From: Octopus vulgaris
Lineage: Eukaryota
Length of the DNA stretch: 64,000 nt
Assembly: GCA_951406725.2 (NCBI GenBank)
Contig: OX597814.1
Span: 134,602,001 to 134,666,000, forward strand
Direction: 5' to 3'
Position numbers and translations under genes: made by a program. The stretch's first letter is position 1. Every line of letters begins with the position of its first letter. The notes under the pieces were generated by a model. It was not told the origin of the DNA, searched no databases, and was given only the letters and a program-made list of their open reading frames with translations. This document shows positions 27,831-40,183 of the stretch, in pieces.

Positions 27831-28290
27831 TGGCAGATGTGATGACATGAAGAGGACTGGATAAGACAACAGCACTAAGATAAGCCTTATTACTTCAATT
27901 CTGTTTAGTGGTTTTTCTGTAGATATTTGGAGGAAGATTATGCTAAATGTAATGTTTAAATTTGATTATTTGGTAAGCATGGAAAATGCTGGAGATAAGT
28001 AATTGCATAGAGAGTTGATGATATTTTGTGTTGGTTGCAAACTTATCTCTTCGTAGGTTTTGGAATTATTGAAAAATGCTCTGTAAGTGCTTACAGTTAC
28101 CTACCGTATTACTGTAATATTAAATTTTAAAAGATTGATTGGATAAATTTAGTGCCGAACCGTTTGTTTTTTTATGCATGTTATCTTTGACAGATGCAAA
28201 AGCCCTTCAGGAAAAGTAGGACTTCAAATAAGATAAGAGAAAGGTTTGTTTGTAGTTTATATCACTTTGTGTTTCATCTGTGTGTTTTAA

Positions 28291-29373
28291 CCTTTTCGTT
28301 ACTATATTTCTGACCAAAATACACCCCTTATGTGTTTCAATTAATTTCTAACATAATCATAAATTTAGTCTGGTTTCATTAAACAACTATAACTTTTTTA
28401 TTTATCAGTATATTAACGTGAATTTTGGAAGATAATTTAATGAAATGTTCTCAACCAATTCTATACTATAATTTTTGTCACAAAGTAACTCTAATTGCAG
28501 GTAGATACAGGTAAATTCAACAAAATATAAAATTATTAAAATTTTGTTCAAACATCGCTATAGAAAATGGGTTATTAGCTAATATTCAATTGGGTATACA
28601 ACAAAATTTTACGATAGAATTTGTTATTCTGGGTAACTTTCTGATACCCATAATAATATTTATGGCAAAATAGTCTTAATTTCATTTAAAGTTATGGGAA
28701 ACCACTAACTATCCTTTCTTTCGCTTTGTTTACATTTAGCATAGCGGTTCGTTTCCACCGTAATGATTTCAAATAGGCTCATTCGAAAAAGTAAAAAGAA
28801 ATAGTCTAAGGCTTTACTCTTCTGGGAAAGTCTGTGGCTTGGTCCAGTTTCTTCAGAAAAATCACCGAAAGAAACGGTTTTTAAATTTTTACTCCATTCA
28901 GGTGCCAATTCATTTTCTTTATCGCTGTCGGAGCTCTCGGATTCACTGTTTTCACTTTCGGAAAATGAAACAGATTCATTATCAAATACCACGTGTTTTT
29001 TTTTTTCAGTCATAGAGTTAGATTTATGAAGGTCTTCAGTAGAAAATCCTTCGAATTCTGACTCGCTGCTTGAGATAATGAAATTCGTATCCATCTTTTG
29101 TCAGAATTACAAATTTTGAAAACACAATAGGAACATATTTCGGAAAAAAATCTCCCAAAATTCACGGAATTAAAATTACACTTCGATTGTTGTACAAAAC
29201 TGTATTTGAACTGTTTACGAAGTATAATACGTGTTTTCATGAATGTACTAAAGAGATTTGCTCTGATATTCTCATTTAAATATGAATAGGTAAATACGGG
29301 CGGGTTTGGGCGGTTTGGTCACATTAACCAAAATTTTTTTTGGGCAGCTTTGGGCGGTTTGGTAACGAAAGGG
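28291..29373 (-). mobile_element. Internally deleted piggyBac transposon
   Basis: TTAA on both sides (28287-90, 29374-77); TIRs CCTTTTCGTTAC / GTAACGAAAGGG (1 mismatch); subterminal GGGCGGTTTGG repeats at ~29298-29362. Confidence 0.9.
28705..29094 (-). pseudogene. Truncated piggyBac transposase N-terminus (129 aa)
   Basis: Acidic Ser/Glu-rich N-terminus followed by F..ETGP...LDYFFLLF...LFEIITVETNRYA, typical of PGBD-type transposases; the DDD domain is absent. Confidence 0.85.
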
Positions 29374-31325
29374 TTAAGAGGGTCAAGAATTTGGAAAATG
29401 TGCTTTGTTCGTTTCTCACCAGATACTCAAATGATGAAATTGGAAAGCTTCTCGATTTGTTTGTGAGATTAAAGATAGCAGCTATGCAGTTTACACGGTA
29501 GGTCATTGTTTCAGCACATGAAGTTTAAGAAAATATGATTTGAACTTGTGTTTGTAGAGCGAAACTGTGAACATAAGTGCTAAATTGTTTCTCGTTTGTA
29601 AAATCAACTTACTATAACTGTGTGTGCACATGCTTACCTACCTTATTACTTTAATGTTAGGTTTTAAAAGATTGATTGGATAAATTTAGGGCCGAACCAT
29701 TTGTTTTTTGTTCATTATTGTTTGACAGATGCAAAAGCTGTCCAGGAAAGTAGGACTTCCAATAAGATAAGAGAAAAGTTTGTTTGTCATTAATATCCAT
29801 TTTTGTTTCATCTGTGTATGGTATGTATGAAAAATGCTGCGAGTTGTAATTTGGACACTAATTTGAGTGATCTCTGAATTAGTGGTACGTTCCGTTTGCT
29901 TTTATGATGCAATATTTTCTTAACCCATATATTTTCATATTACAATTTATGTATGAAAAAAATATTGCAATTTGTTGTGGCTTCCTAGTATTTACTCATC
30001 TCATTACCATGTGATTGCTAGTTCACTATATTATTACTTTTGTATTAAAACAATTAGAAATTAAAACAAATAGTAATTATTAATTAAAACAAATAGTAAT
30101 TGAATGCAAAAGGCTCTTTTCTTCAGGAAAAAAGTATTGTTTAGCAATAAATCCTAGAATGTTCTATTGAGACATGAGAACTTCATGGCATTTAGCTGAA
30201 AGTAATAACTCTTATATGTGTGTCTATGCCTTTGTATTTTATTCATTGGCAAATGTGTTGGATAACAGATGAAAATTCAATGGATTAGCTATCAGCTCTT
30301 TTTGTTTTCCCTGTTTGTCTTTCCTCAACATCCAAAGACTTGTATTTACCTACACAACTGATTTAACAGTGACTGTTTTACCCCTTCAGCTGTGTCATTT
30401 TGCAGTTTGGATATGAACAGAGTAAGCATGTTTCATTGTTATAACTATTGAAATTAGTAATGTTTACTTGCAATGTAGGATAGTAAAAGGAAAATGGTAT
30501 AGTGGCTTTTTGTGTAAACGTTGTTGTCAGTATTCTGGAAAATGTGCTTTATTTGTTTCTCACCAGATATTTAGATGATGAAATTGGAAAGTGTCTTGGT
30601 ACATGTCGCAGATTGAAGATAGGTAGGTTATTGCTTTCGCATATTAAGGTAAAGAAAATATCAGTTGATAGATGCAAAAGCCCTCCAGGAAAAGTACGAC
30701 CGCCAGTAAAATTAAAGAAAAACTTTGTTTACAGTTAATGTCCATTTCTTTTTCACCTGTGTATTGTATGCTTGGAAATATAACTATTATAAAGATAACT
30801 TTAAATTTCACATGTACAGATTTTGTATGTTCTAATTTGCCTGTGTGAAGGTTTCATCTCCTTTTTTTTTTTTTGTCCCTTGTAGTATTTATTTTTGCTT
30901 TGAGATGAAGATAGATTTTGTTATGAAATTTTACTGTTCGGTTCATACCTGTTATTGGTAATATTTTACATTGCCTATTCTGCCTTGGTTGCGTAAATAC
31001 TCTGTTCACAGAAAAAAACCTGACGGAAATGTATGAAGATGTTGAAGACTGTTAATATTGTCATGGAGTTACATTCAGTGAATTAGTGATTGGAGACTAA
31101 TTCTGTTGGTAAGTCTGGATTTTATGTATTCAGTGTATGTGAATTTCTCTACCCTTGAAGCACTTTTTCCTTTCTCCCTTTTTAGTGTTAAATATTTTGA
31201 GCAAAATTTAGCTTCATGCTGTGGAATATCAAATGTTTGATCTCATTAGAAAAAAATCCCAAAGAAAATGCTGTTGTGGATACATAAGCTTTGAAAATTA
31301 GGGCTTTTGGTTTCATTAACAAAGT

Positions 31326-31528
31326 ATTTAGAAATGATTTTCTTATGAGGCTTCCTCATTAAATAAAGTTGCAAGAGGTTTGAGTTTTGCATTATCTTGT
31401 CTAGGATGAATATAACAAATATGTACATTTAGAAATGATTTTCTTATGAGGCTTCCTCATTAAATAAAGTTGCAAGAGGTTTGAGTTTTGCATTATCTTG
31501 TCTAGGATGAATATAACAAATATGTACA
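31326..31528. repeat. Direct tandem duplication, 2 x 101 bp
   Basis: ATTTAGAAATGATTTTCTTATGAGG...ATATGTAC starts at 31326 and again at 31427. Confidence 0.95.
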
Positions 31529-33520
31529 GCAATACAAATAACCAAAGAAATCAAGCTTTGAAAAGAGCCCTCCATAAATTATGTCTCTGAAAGAATAAAG
31601 AAATCTTTACAAGAAAGGAAAGGTGTTTTGAGAGTAAGAGTTACTTTGTTGTTAATCAAACTGTTTAAATATTTTTTAGGTGTATTAAATATTTTGTACT
31701 CATTTTCTCTCTTCTGATGAATTTTTTATAAGATTTTATATACTTTTAATAATGTATGTGTGAAAACACCACCATGTGTGTATAAATTTTGTGCTGGTGT
31801 GTGACATGATTTGGGTGTTGCTTTGTGTGTTCAATTCTTTTATTATGTGGTGTGTTGTCTGTAAGCAACACTTCAAGGATTGACACATTTCATGCTACCT
31901 TAGTCCACTCAGCAGAACATGAGGACCAGCAAATAGCAGATATGCCTCTGTTTAGTGGGTATAGTTTGTTACTCATCTGCAGATTAATTTTTTGTATTAA
32001 AAATTATATTTACTACTTAATGTCAACTTTAGAATACTGAAGATTAGCAAGAAATACATATTTCCTGTTTGATTTTACTAATATTTTTGAAAGTATTTAA
32101 AAAAAAATTTATTTTCTATTTGTAACAACTCCTTTTTCTAGGTAGGTTGAACAATTGTTTAAAAGTTGCCCTGTACTGATGTGATCAATCACTTGAAGTT
32201 AATTATAATTTTGCAGCAATAGATTGGCAGTTATGGCCTCCAGTGTCTTCTGGTAAACTTTCACTTACTGTATTTTATAAATGCTAATTAAAATTTGCAT
32301 TTTTTTTTAATTAGCTGCTTTTTTTTCACTTCTGTTAAGTAGCTTATTTCAAATGATGTTTCTATATAAAATTTCCTTCTCTAACTATACAGTAGACTTT
32401 GACTTGCACAAATTTTCTTTTATTTGTCTAGGATGAATTTAATAATCGCACATAATGATGGAATGGCAAAAGAACTTGAGCTCAAAAAGAATTCTCATCA
32501 AAATTGAAGTTTCCAAATGAAATATTATTCCAAAGGAAAAACAGTCAGAAATTGATAAAATTATCTGTTGAAATTAAGAAGTTTTTCTTGTGATCACAAG
32601 AAGCTCATTATCATTAAAATGTCAGTTATTTCACTTGCTAATTAAATTGTACTACTGAAACAAAATTTATGAAATACATTGTGGATATATACAAACAAAA
32701 TAATTGAGTGGTCTGGAAATGATAATAACTCACAAACGTAAAAGAGAAACATCAAAAAGTGCCAAACAAATATTTTAATTTTATTTTATTTATTGAAATT
32801 GTACAAGTGATGAAACTATATGAAAACTGAAAAAATTGCATTGGCATATTTACTTATCAAATCTTCTGTAGGCATCTGGATAGTGGTAATATACTCCATA
32901 TTTGACAAAACACTCATACTATTATGAATATAATTGTCTGTGTTTTAAATGGCTATCATGCATCTATAAAAAAAAAGATTCAGATGTAATTATTTATCAA
33001 ATCTTATGAAAAGCTTAATATGGCAATGTCTACTGAAAACCACCCTTACAGAGATTACTCTGCAGAGAGTAATCTCCCCTATCTTGTATCAGTAAAAATG
33101 TTTGTTTTAAGACATTTACTAATTAACATCCAAAATAAATAGTGCTGTTTATGATGTAAAGATAATTTTTTATGCTTAAAAATACAATTCTTGTATTCTT
33201 TTGGTGGTTTTAGTCTTTGGTATGTTTATTTTTATTGATCTCTCCCAAGATAACCAGGTGTAAGATGTGACAATCAATGTGGGATAAACGATATTTTTGT
33301 CCAATGCACTGACCCTATCATCCAATGTCAGTATACATGCACATATATAATTTTGTTCATGTTCTGTGGTGATGTGGATTAGACGGTTCAACAGTATCTG
33401 AGGGGCCTGAGATTCTCAGCTTAAGCGTGGTGTGTGTGTGTGTATATATATGTTACCATGTGTGTATCGTTGGCAATTTTTTTCCCTCCGTCTTCCCTTC
33501 CTTGGATCTTTGCTTTTTCT

Positions 33521-33557
33521 ATGTTTCTGACGAAGAGCTCTGCTCGAAACATTAAAT
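33521..33557 (+). ncRNA. Minimal hammerhead ribozyme-like motif (Penelope type), probably decayed
   Basis: CTGACGA-A-GAGC(TCT)GCTC-GAAA-CATTA: core boxes and stem II are present; stem III would be the palindrome AACGTT after one CpG-type reversion. Confidence 0.55.
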
Positions 33558-33689
33558 CCTCCTTTTTTTCCTTTCCTGAGCGTCCAATAACACTATACTT
33601 GTTCAACATCCTCGCGTTGTTGTGTTTTCTCTTTGAGTTAACTATATAAGTAACTTGCACGGACTCCGGAAATACATCTGCCATCACCA

Positions 33690-34154
33690 GAGAAAACAAA
33701 GCAACTACCCCCAGCGACTTGCCTGACCTTTCATTGGACAAAAGCTACCTACCTGCCATTCTATTGGACACTGGCTAAACATCACTGCTGATATTTTTGT
33801 ATAAATAGACATCATAAATCGCTGTAAGAGCAGTTGGCTTTTTGGCAGTCGACTGATGTAAATCGTGTCCCTCTCGCCTGCCACGCTCGCCACTCACGCC
33901 GCCTCGAACCTTTGTACTGCTATTTCACGCCTGAAATAAATTGCTGTATAAACTTACACCTCTTGTCTGCTCGTCATTTCAACTACTGCTTTCGTCTGTC
34001 CAGTTTTGCTGATTACGACCACAGTCCTTTTCAGGGCTAATTCAAGTCTGATCTGAATGCGATAACAGTCCTTTTTAGGACTATTCTTGGATCGGATCTA
34101 ATTGCGATAACCATCCTTTTAAGGGCTACTCTCAGATCAGACCAGAAGTAGTGG
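33690..34154 (+). mobile_element. LTR-like fragment with internal 3 x ~45-bp repeats
   Basis: Two ATTGG boxes, TATAAATAG, AATAAA, repeats ACAGTCCTTTT..GG at ~34021, 34065 and 34110; ends ...CGCTACA before (TA)n. Confidence 0.4.
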
Positions 34155-35539
34155 CCAAGAATCGTACCCGCTACATATATATATATATATATGACTGTAT
34201 GCCCTTCCTAGAGCTAACCACTTTGCAGAGTGTACTGGGTGCATTTTTTGTGGCACAAGTACTACTGAGGTCACAATGTAACTTGCAACACTAAAGAGCT
34301 CTCAACTGAGTGGGAGGATAGTAGAGAAGGTTACTTTATGCTAGGTGTTGAGAAGTTCAAAGTATGATGGAACAGGAATTACTTTGTTTTAGAAGAGATA
34401 CATGCATGCAATTTCTACCAATGGTAAAAGACACCTACTCTAAATGTCGTGTTGGAGGAATGGTTCATAACGGTCATTGCAAAACTAACTTCTTAACCAC
34501 CAGCCATCCTCATATTTTATATACAAAATTAAAATTTTAATAAAATGTATTGCAAACCAGAAAGTGTGAAATAAAGCAAAAAATGAGAAATATAAAATTT
34601 GAATGCATGTGCAACAAACAAGGAGTCGAAATCTTAAAAGTAATTTAATTACCTTCGAAAGTATTGTTTGGTTGAAAACGTCATTATTTAATGTTGGTGT
34701 AGGTGCCTACAATTTCATGTTAATAATTTCATATATTTGTGTAATTTTCTCACAGTATTTTCAATATGATAAGAGAAAGAAACTGTCAATCTGGTATTTG
34801 AAACTAGTTGCTGCAGTTCTTGCTATAATGTAGCACCTGTCTTGGATGCAGTGGTAGTCCTTCAAATAAAGCTGTTGTAACTAAAATTTTTCAGCAAAAG
34901 TTGCCAATAACACTTGCAAAACATTGATTGATTGGTCTGTTAAATTTTCATAAATAAATATATAACCAATAAAAGAGAAAGCAGATACTTATTTGAGGCA
35001 GTGTTTTATGCAACCAGCTGTTTTCCCTGTCATCAACCTTTAACTGTTTTTCAAGTAAATAGTTAAATAGAAATATTCATCTAATTTTCCAAACTGTTGA
35101 GCTACAGAACAGTGTCCATTTGAAATGTCGACGCTATTTTTTGCTCAAGTGATCTCATGTAAACAGTGGAAACGACAATTTCTCACAGCCACACAAGTAT
35201 GTGTGTGTGATATATATATATATATACACACATACACACACAGGGTGCCCAAAACGTTTCGCCCAATTCTTATTTTGAAAACTATTGTAGGTTTTTCAAT
35301 TAATTTTATTGTATAGAACAATTGTCTGTCTCCTTGTTGTAAATCTTTGTGTTACCACGTGTAGCAATCCCGATTGAAAACATGCCACTCTACTTCGTAA
35401 GGATAATTGTAAATACATCCCGAATTCTAGAAAAACCATACACACAGTTTTATATATCAGCACGCACCACATATGAATATATACACAAAACGAATTTAAA
35501 TCATACTTTCTTCTTCACTGATGCACTGCAGTGAGTATC

Positions 35540-38500
35540 GTGCGCATATTATAAACATACCAACCATTGACTCCTTACATCTCTTGATTGTACATATAAT
35601 TGTATCTTTTTCATTCACACATACAATGAGGAAAGTGGGAACAGTTAACAACAAAAAATAAGATCTTTATCTCCCTAACAAGTGCGCACATTATAAACAC
35701 ACCAACCATCGACTCCTTACATCTCTTGATTGCACATATAGTTGTATCTTTTTGTATACACACATACTACAATGAAGACAGCGGAAACAGCTAACAACAA
35801 AAAATAAAACATATTTATCTCCCTGACAAGTGTGCTATATCTTCACGTCCTTATTTTTTCTTTTCTTTGTTTGCCTTTGTACTACGGTACGGATGGGCAG
35901 AGGGAACAAAACTTCCACGGTATCATCTGTGGATGAGCTGTGCAACAAAACTGGTCGCTGTCCTAAAATAGAGCATTGCCCGGCAAATCACATCTGTCAT
36001 CTATGCACAAAACTCAAAAATTCCTTCTGAAATAGATGGGTTGAATGCAGTAAATGTGTTTCAATCTGCTTTCAAGGTGCCACAAACTTTCAAAAGATCC
36101 CAGGTCAAAAAAAAAGGACACCATACTTCTATAATGGATAAACTCTCGAAAGAAATGGTCCAGCTACCAAACTGGTCATTTCAGTGCCTGACTTGTGTCC
36201 CCTGCTACCATTACTGCTGAACAGCAACAATGAAGTCCGACAACCGTGTCTTCCTCTGCCATTGCTGCTGAACAGCAAAAACCGAACTACTATGTCTCCC
36301 AAAACCAGTTCTGTTGATGAAGAACAACAACAAAAATTAAAGCTGCCCGTGTCTTCCTCTCCTGTCACTCTTCAACAACAGCAACAAAAATCGGCCATTC
36401 CTGTTGAAGAACATCAACAAAAACTTAAGACGCCCGTGTCTTCCTCCCCTATTGCTCTTCAACAACAAAAATTGATCATTCCAGCCGAAATACATCAGCA
36501 GGAACAAAAGCCAACCATGCCTTCCTCTCCCGATACTTCTCAACATCAACAAAAATCGACCATCAGCACAGAAGTTGCGGAAATTAGACAAATGATTTCT
36601 GCTTTAAGCCGCGAAATAGGAGGAATCAAAACCAGCGTCTGTGCAAAACCTCACAATGAGGGGTCGTATCGGAGTGCCTTGCTCAACAATTTACCCATAG
36701 CTCTTACGGAACCTTGACGCATTTAGGAAGTCACTGAATCAACCATTCATGAGGTAATTGCCATCAGAGTATCGGAAGACGTGGTAGATCTACAGGCCTT
36801 TACTGGCAACACTTCTAAGGACCTAAGCTGTGTTCCTCCAAAAAGGGCTTTCTGCCTTGGCCGACCAGGATCCAAACCCAGATTGATTAGGCTGATGTTT
36901 TCAAACTCTACTGAGGCGTGGGCATACCATCTAGCTGCTGATAGGCTCAGTGCGCAAACAGAATTACCTTTAGGACACGTCCTGGCCTGCCACCTGATGT
37001 ATACCCAAAGCTAAGATCTGTAGCTTCCCTAAATCGCAACTCAGTGCCACAGGAAAGTTTTAGCCTACGTGATGATGGGCAAATATGGAAATTCATCAAG
37101 TCTGGTGAGTCGTGGATAAGGAATATCAGTTGGTCTGAGCAAACTGCACCCACAATAACTGGCAATACAAAAATCGTGGGAAACTAAACAAGAACAATCA
37201 GCCATCCCCTGTATGTCATCACCATCTGAAATCCAGATACAAACTGTTGTCCTTAAATGCCCATAGTTTATGCAACAAGGTACATCTTTTTGACTCATGT
37301 CAAAAGTATCGACCTAGATTTCATCACAGTCACAGAAACATGGGCACATTCTGCACTCAGTGATGGGGTTTTCAGCATAGCTGGCTACAACCTGTTCCAC
37401 AAAGACCGCATTAATCGCTGTGGTGGGGTGTGATGGTTTATGTTCGATCAAATCTATTGGCAATTCCCTGTGATAATTTGAACCAATCTCAGCAGGGAGT
37501 ATTTCTCTGCAATATACACATGACCATCTGAACACTTCTACTTGGAGTTGTTTACTGCCCCCCAAATTATCATCAAGACACACAACTTTTTGATATCCTC
37601 AGAGCTGCTGCCATGAAAACAGCCACTTTTGTTTATATTGCGGGGGGCTTCAATTTCCCTGAAATTGACTGGGAGGCCTTCCGTTGGCTGCAAAGTGCAG
37701 ATGATTTCCTTGAATTGGTACTGAATTCAAACTGGTCCCAAGTCGTTACCTCCCCCACAAGGGGTAACAACACTTTGGATCTGCTATTTACAGCTTCTCC
37801 TGAAACAATTATTAGTGTCACTACTGAAGAACCTTTAGGTGACTCTGATCATTCCATGATCATGGCCAACTTGTCTCTGATTGGTTGTAACAAAAACCAC
37901 AACCATCTTCAAACTGCCCGCTTTGACTGGAATAAAGCAGACTGGAGCTCTTACTGTACCGAGCTGCGACGCCCAAACTGGTTCAAATTTTATGCCTCTG
38001 GAGATGTGAACACTATACTTCAGAACATTCTTAATTCAATATGGGCGGCATGTGCGGCATCAGTACCACGCAAGCACAAAAACCACCTGATAGTGCAATT
38101 TGGGAGACTGCAGATGTCCGACTTGCCAGGAAAGAATGCCGTAAGGCTGAACAGGAATACAAATTGCACAAATCAGAGATCAACAGGAAAAAGCACAATA
38201 GATCAGCCAACCATCTCAAGCAGGTGACAAAGGTAGTGCTTGAATTTGAACAGCACATAGCAACCAACCCTGACAGCAAAGTGTTCTGGAAGTATGTACA
38301 TTCAAAGCAGAGACCTCACTCTCCAGTTGGTCCCCTTCGCAATCCCCACACGGCAGATTACTGGCAATCCCAAAGAATATGCAGAAATCATTGCTGGATG
38401 CTATGCAGGCATCTTTACTATCAAAGATCAAAATGTTCCATCTCCATCACCTCTGACACCGGCCTTTATAACTACTATGAAATTTACACCAGCATTGCTA

Positions 38501-39872
38501 CAATGCTACCTTAAGAATAAACGGAACTATGCCTCTCCAGGTCTCGAGAAAACTGCCAGAGAAACCCTCTGGAACTTCTGGAAGTCTCACAGCCTCATCC
38601 AGCCATCACAATTTGGATTTATTCCTAACTCCAGCTGCTGTAATCAACTCATCGAGTTTCTTGACATTACCTAAATCACTGATCGCGGATCCTGAGTGGA
38701 TGTTGTTTACCTGGACTTTGCTAAGGCTTTTAATTCTGTGCCACACAAAAGACTTATGGTGAAATTCTCTGCAATGGGTGTAAGAGATGATCTCTATAAC
38801 TGGTTGAAGTCCTTCATTATTGGCCGAAAAGAGGTTGTCACAGTTCTAGGACAGCACTCTTCATTCTATGAGATGACATCTGGTGTACCACAGGGATCTG
38901 TTCTTGGCCCCCTTTTATTTGTTGCATGTGTTAAAATAAAGAAGACAGATTCTGTACACTATAGATCTCTATTGCAATCAGACCTGGACACAATGCAGCA
39001 GTGGATCATGGACTGGCAACTCAAGCTGGCTGTGGACAAATGTACCACCATGCATTTTGGGAGGAAAAACCCAGCGTCTACTTACTCCCTCAACAACACT
39101 AATCTCAAAAGTCTTCTTGTGAACGTGACCTGGGCATTATTGTTGACAGCGATTTGCGTTGGACAAAGCACATTGCTAAAATTGCCAAGAAGGCTGAGGG
39201 CGTCTTAGCATCACTCACCAAGTCCTTTGTGAGCTGCTCTCCGGCTATCTATCTGCAGCTTTATATAGCTATGGTGCAACCTCACCTGGAATTTGCATCA
39301 CCGGTCTCGAACCCCTATCTTGCCCAGGATATTAATTGTCTGGAAGCCATTCAGTGACATGCAACCAAGAGAATACCTTCCATCAGGCATTTGCCATATT
39401 CTGAACGCCTTACTTCCCTGGGCATGGATACATTGAAACTCTGACGTCTGGCAGCTGATTTGGCAGACACCCATAAAATTATTAACCGTCTTACAAACAA
39501 TAACTCTGAGCACCTTTTCAAACTCCACCTGTCTAACACCCGTGGACATGTTTACAAAGTCAGAAAACAGCACAGCTCCCATGACTTTCAGAAACATTTT
39601 TTCACACTACGAGTTGCTGAAGCATGGAACAAACTGCCAGCATCAGTTGTTAGTTGTCAGAGCACTGCATCCTTCAAAACTTCCATGCTTCCTGAGATTC
39701 GCCAACACTACACCTGATTTTCTCCCCTCCATACACACACAAGCATGTATCTGACTCATACACTGTTCACTTTCTAGACATTTGTACATTACTGCATATG
39801 CTTTATATGCACTTTTGACAAGTTGTGGTGCACCTGAGCACTGTATACAATAATTTCATTATTATTATGATG
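35540..39872 (+). mobile_element. Near full-length degenerate CR1/L2-clade LINE (5' UTR tandem repeat, ORF1 remnant, APE-RT ORF2 remnant)
   Basis: 2 x ~142-bp repeat at 35540-35832; Cys-rich and Gln-rich ORF1 pieces; ORF2 fragments GGFNFPEIDW/PTRGNNTLDL, YLDFAKAFNSVPH, SGVPQGSVLGPLLF, RGHVYK..FFTLRVAEAWNKLP; (ATT)n tail; many frameshifts and stops. Confidence 0.9.
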
Positions 39873-40183
39873 ATGAATAATAACTACAAATGAAACAATG
39901 ATACAACAATGATAACTATGCTTCCAACTGCTCACCTTTTTCATCAGATGATGCAGTAGCGGGTCATCCCAATGTGGGTGCGTTGTTTACAGACCCGGTT
40001 GTTTTGAACTTGTTAATGAGTGACTGTTCCTGCCCTGAACTACATGAATATGAAATTCTTCATTGAGGTGATGACTTGCCTCAGCTACATTTGGGTCCAC
40101 ACTGATAGTGATGTCGGACAGCAGCAATTTGTTGATTCCAATTCAGTCTAAAAGACAAACCTGCAATAATACAATAAAATGTA

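Larger units (their letters stand above)
25960..30800 (+). other. Patchwork of older duplicated micro-exon/short-intron modules
   Basis: AG|..|GT-bounded purine-rich segments at 26221-26251, 26582-26656, 26897-26946, 27031-27056 and 27169-27190. 26805-27260 is duplicated at ~27830-28286; 26550-26790 recurs at ~29390-29630 and partly at ~30535-30660. Confidence 0.55.

Noticed and set aside
36184-36717. Gln-rich 177-aa ORF as a host gene
   Set aside because: It lies directly upstream of, and co-oriented with, a LINE ORF2; better explained as an ORF1 remnant.
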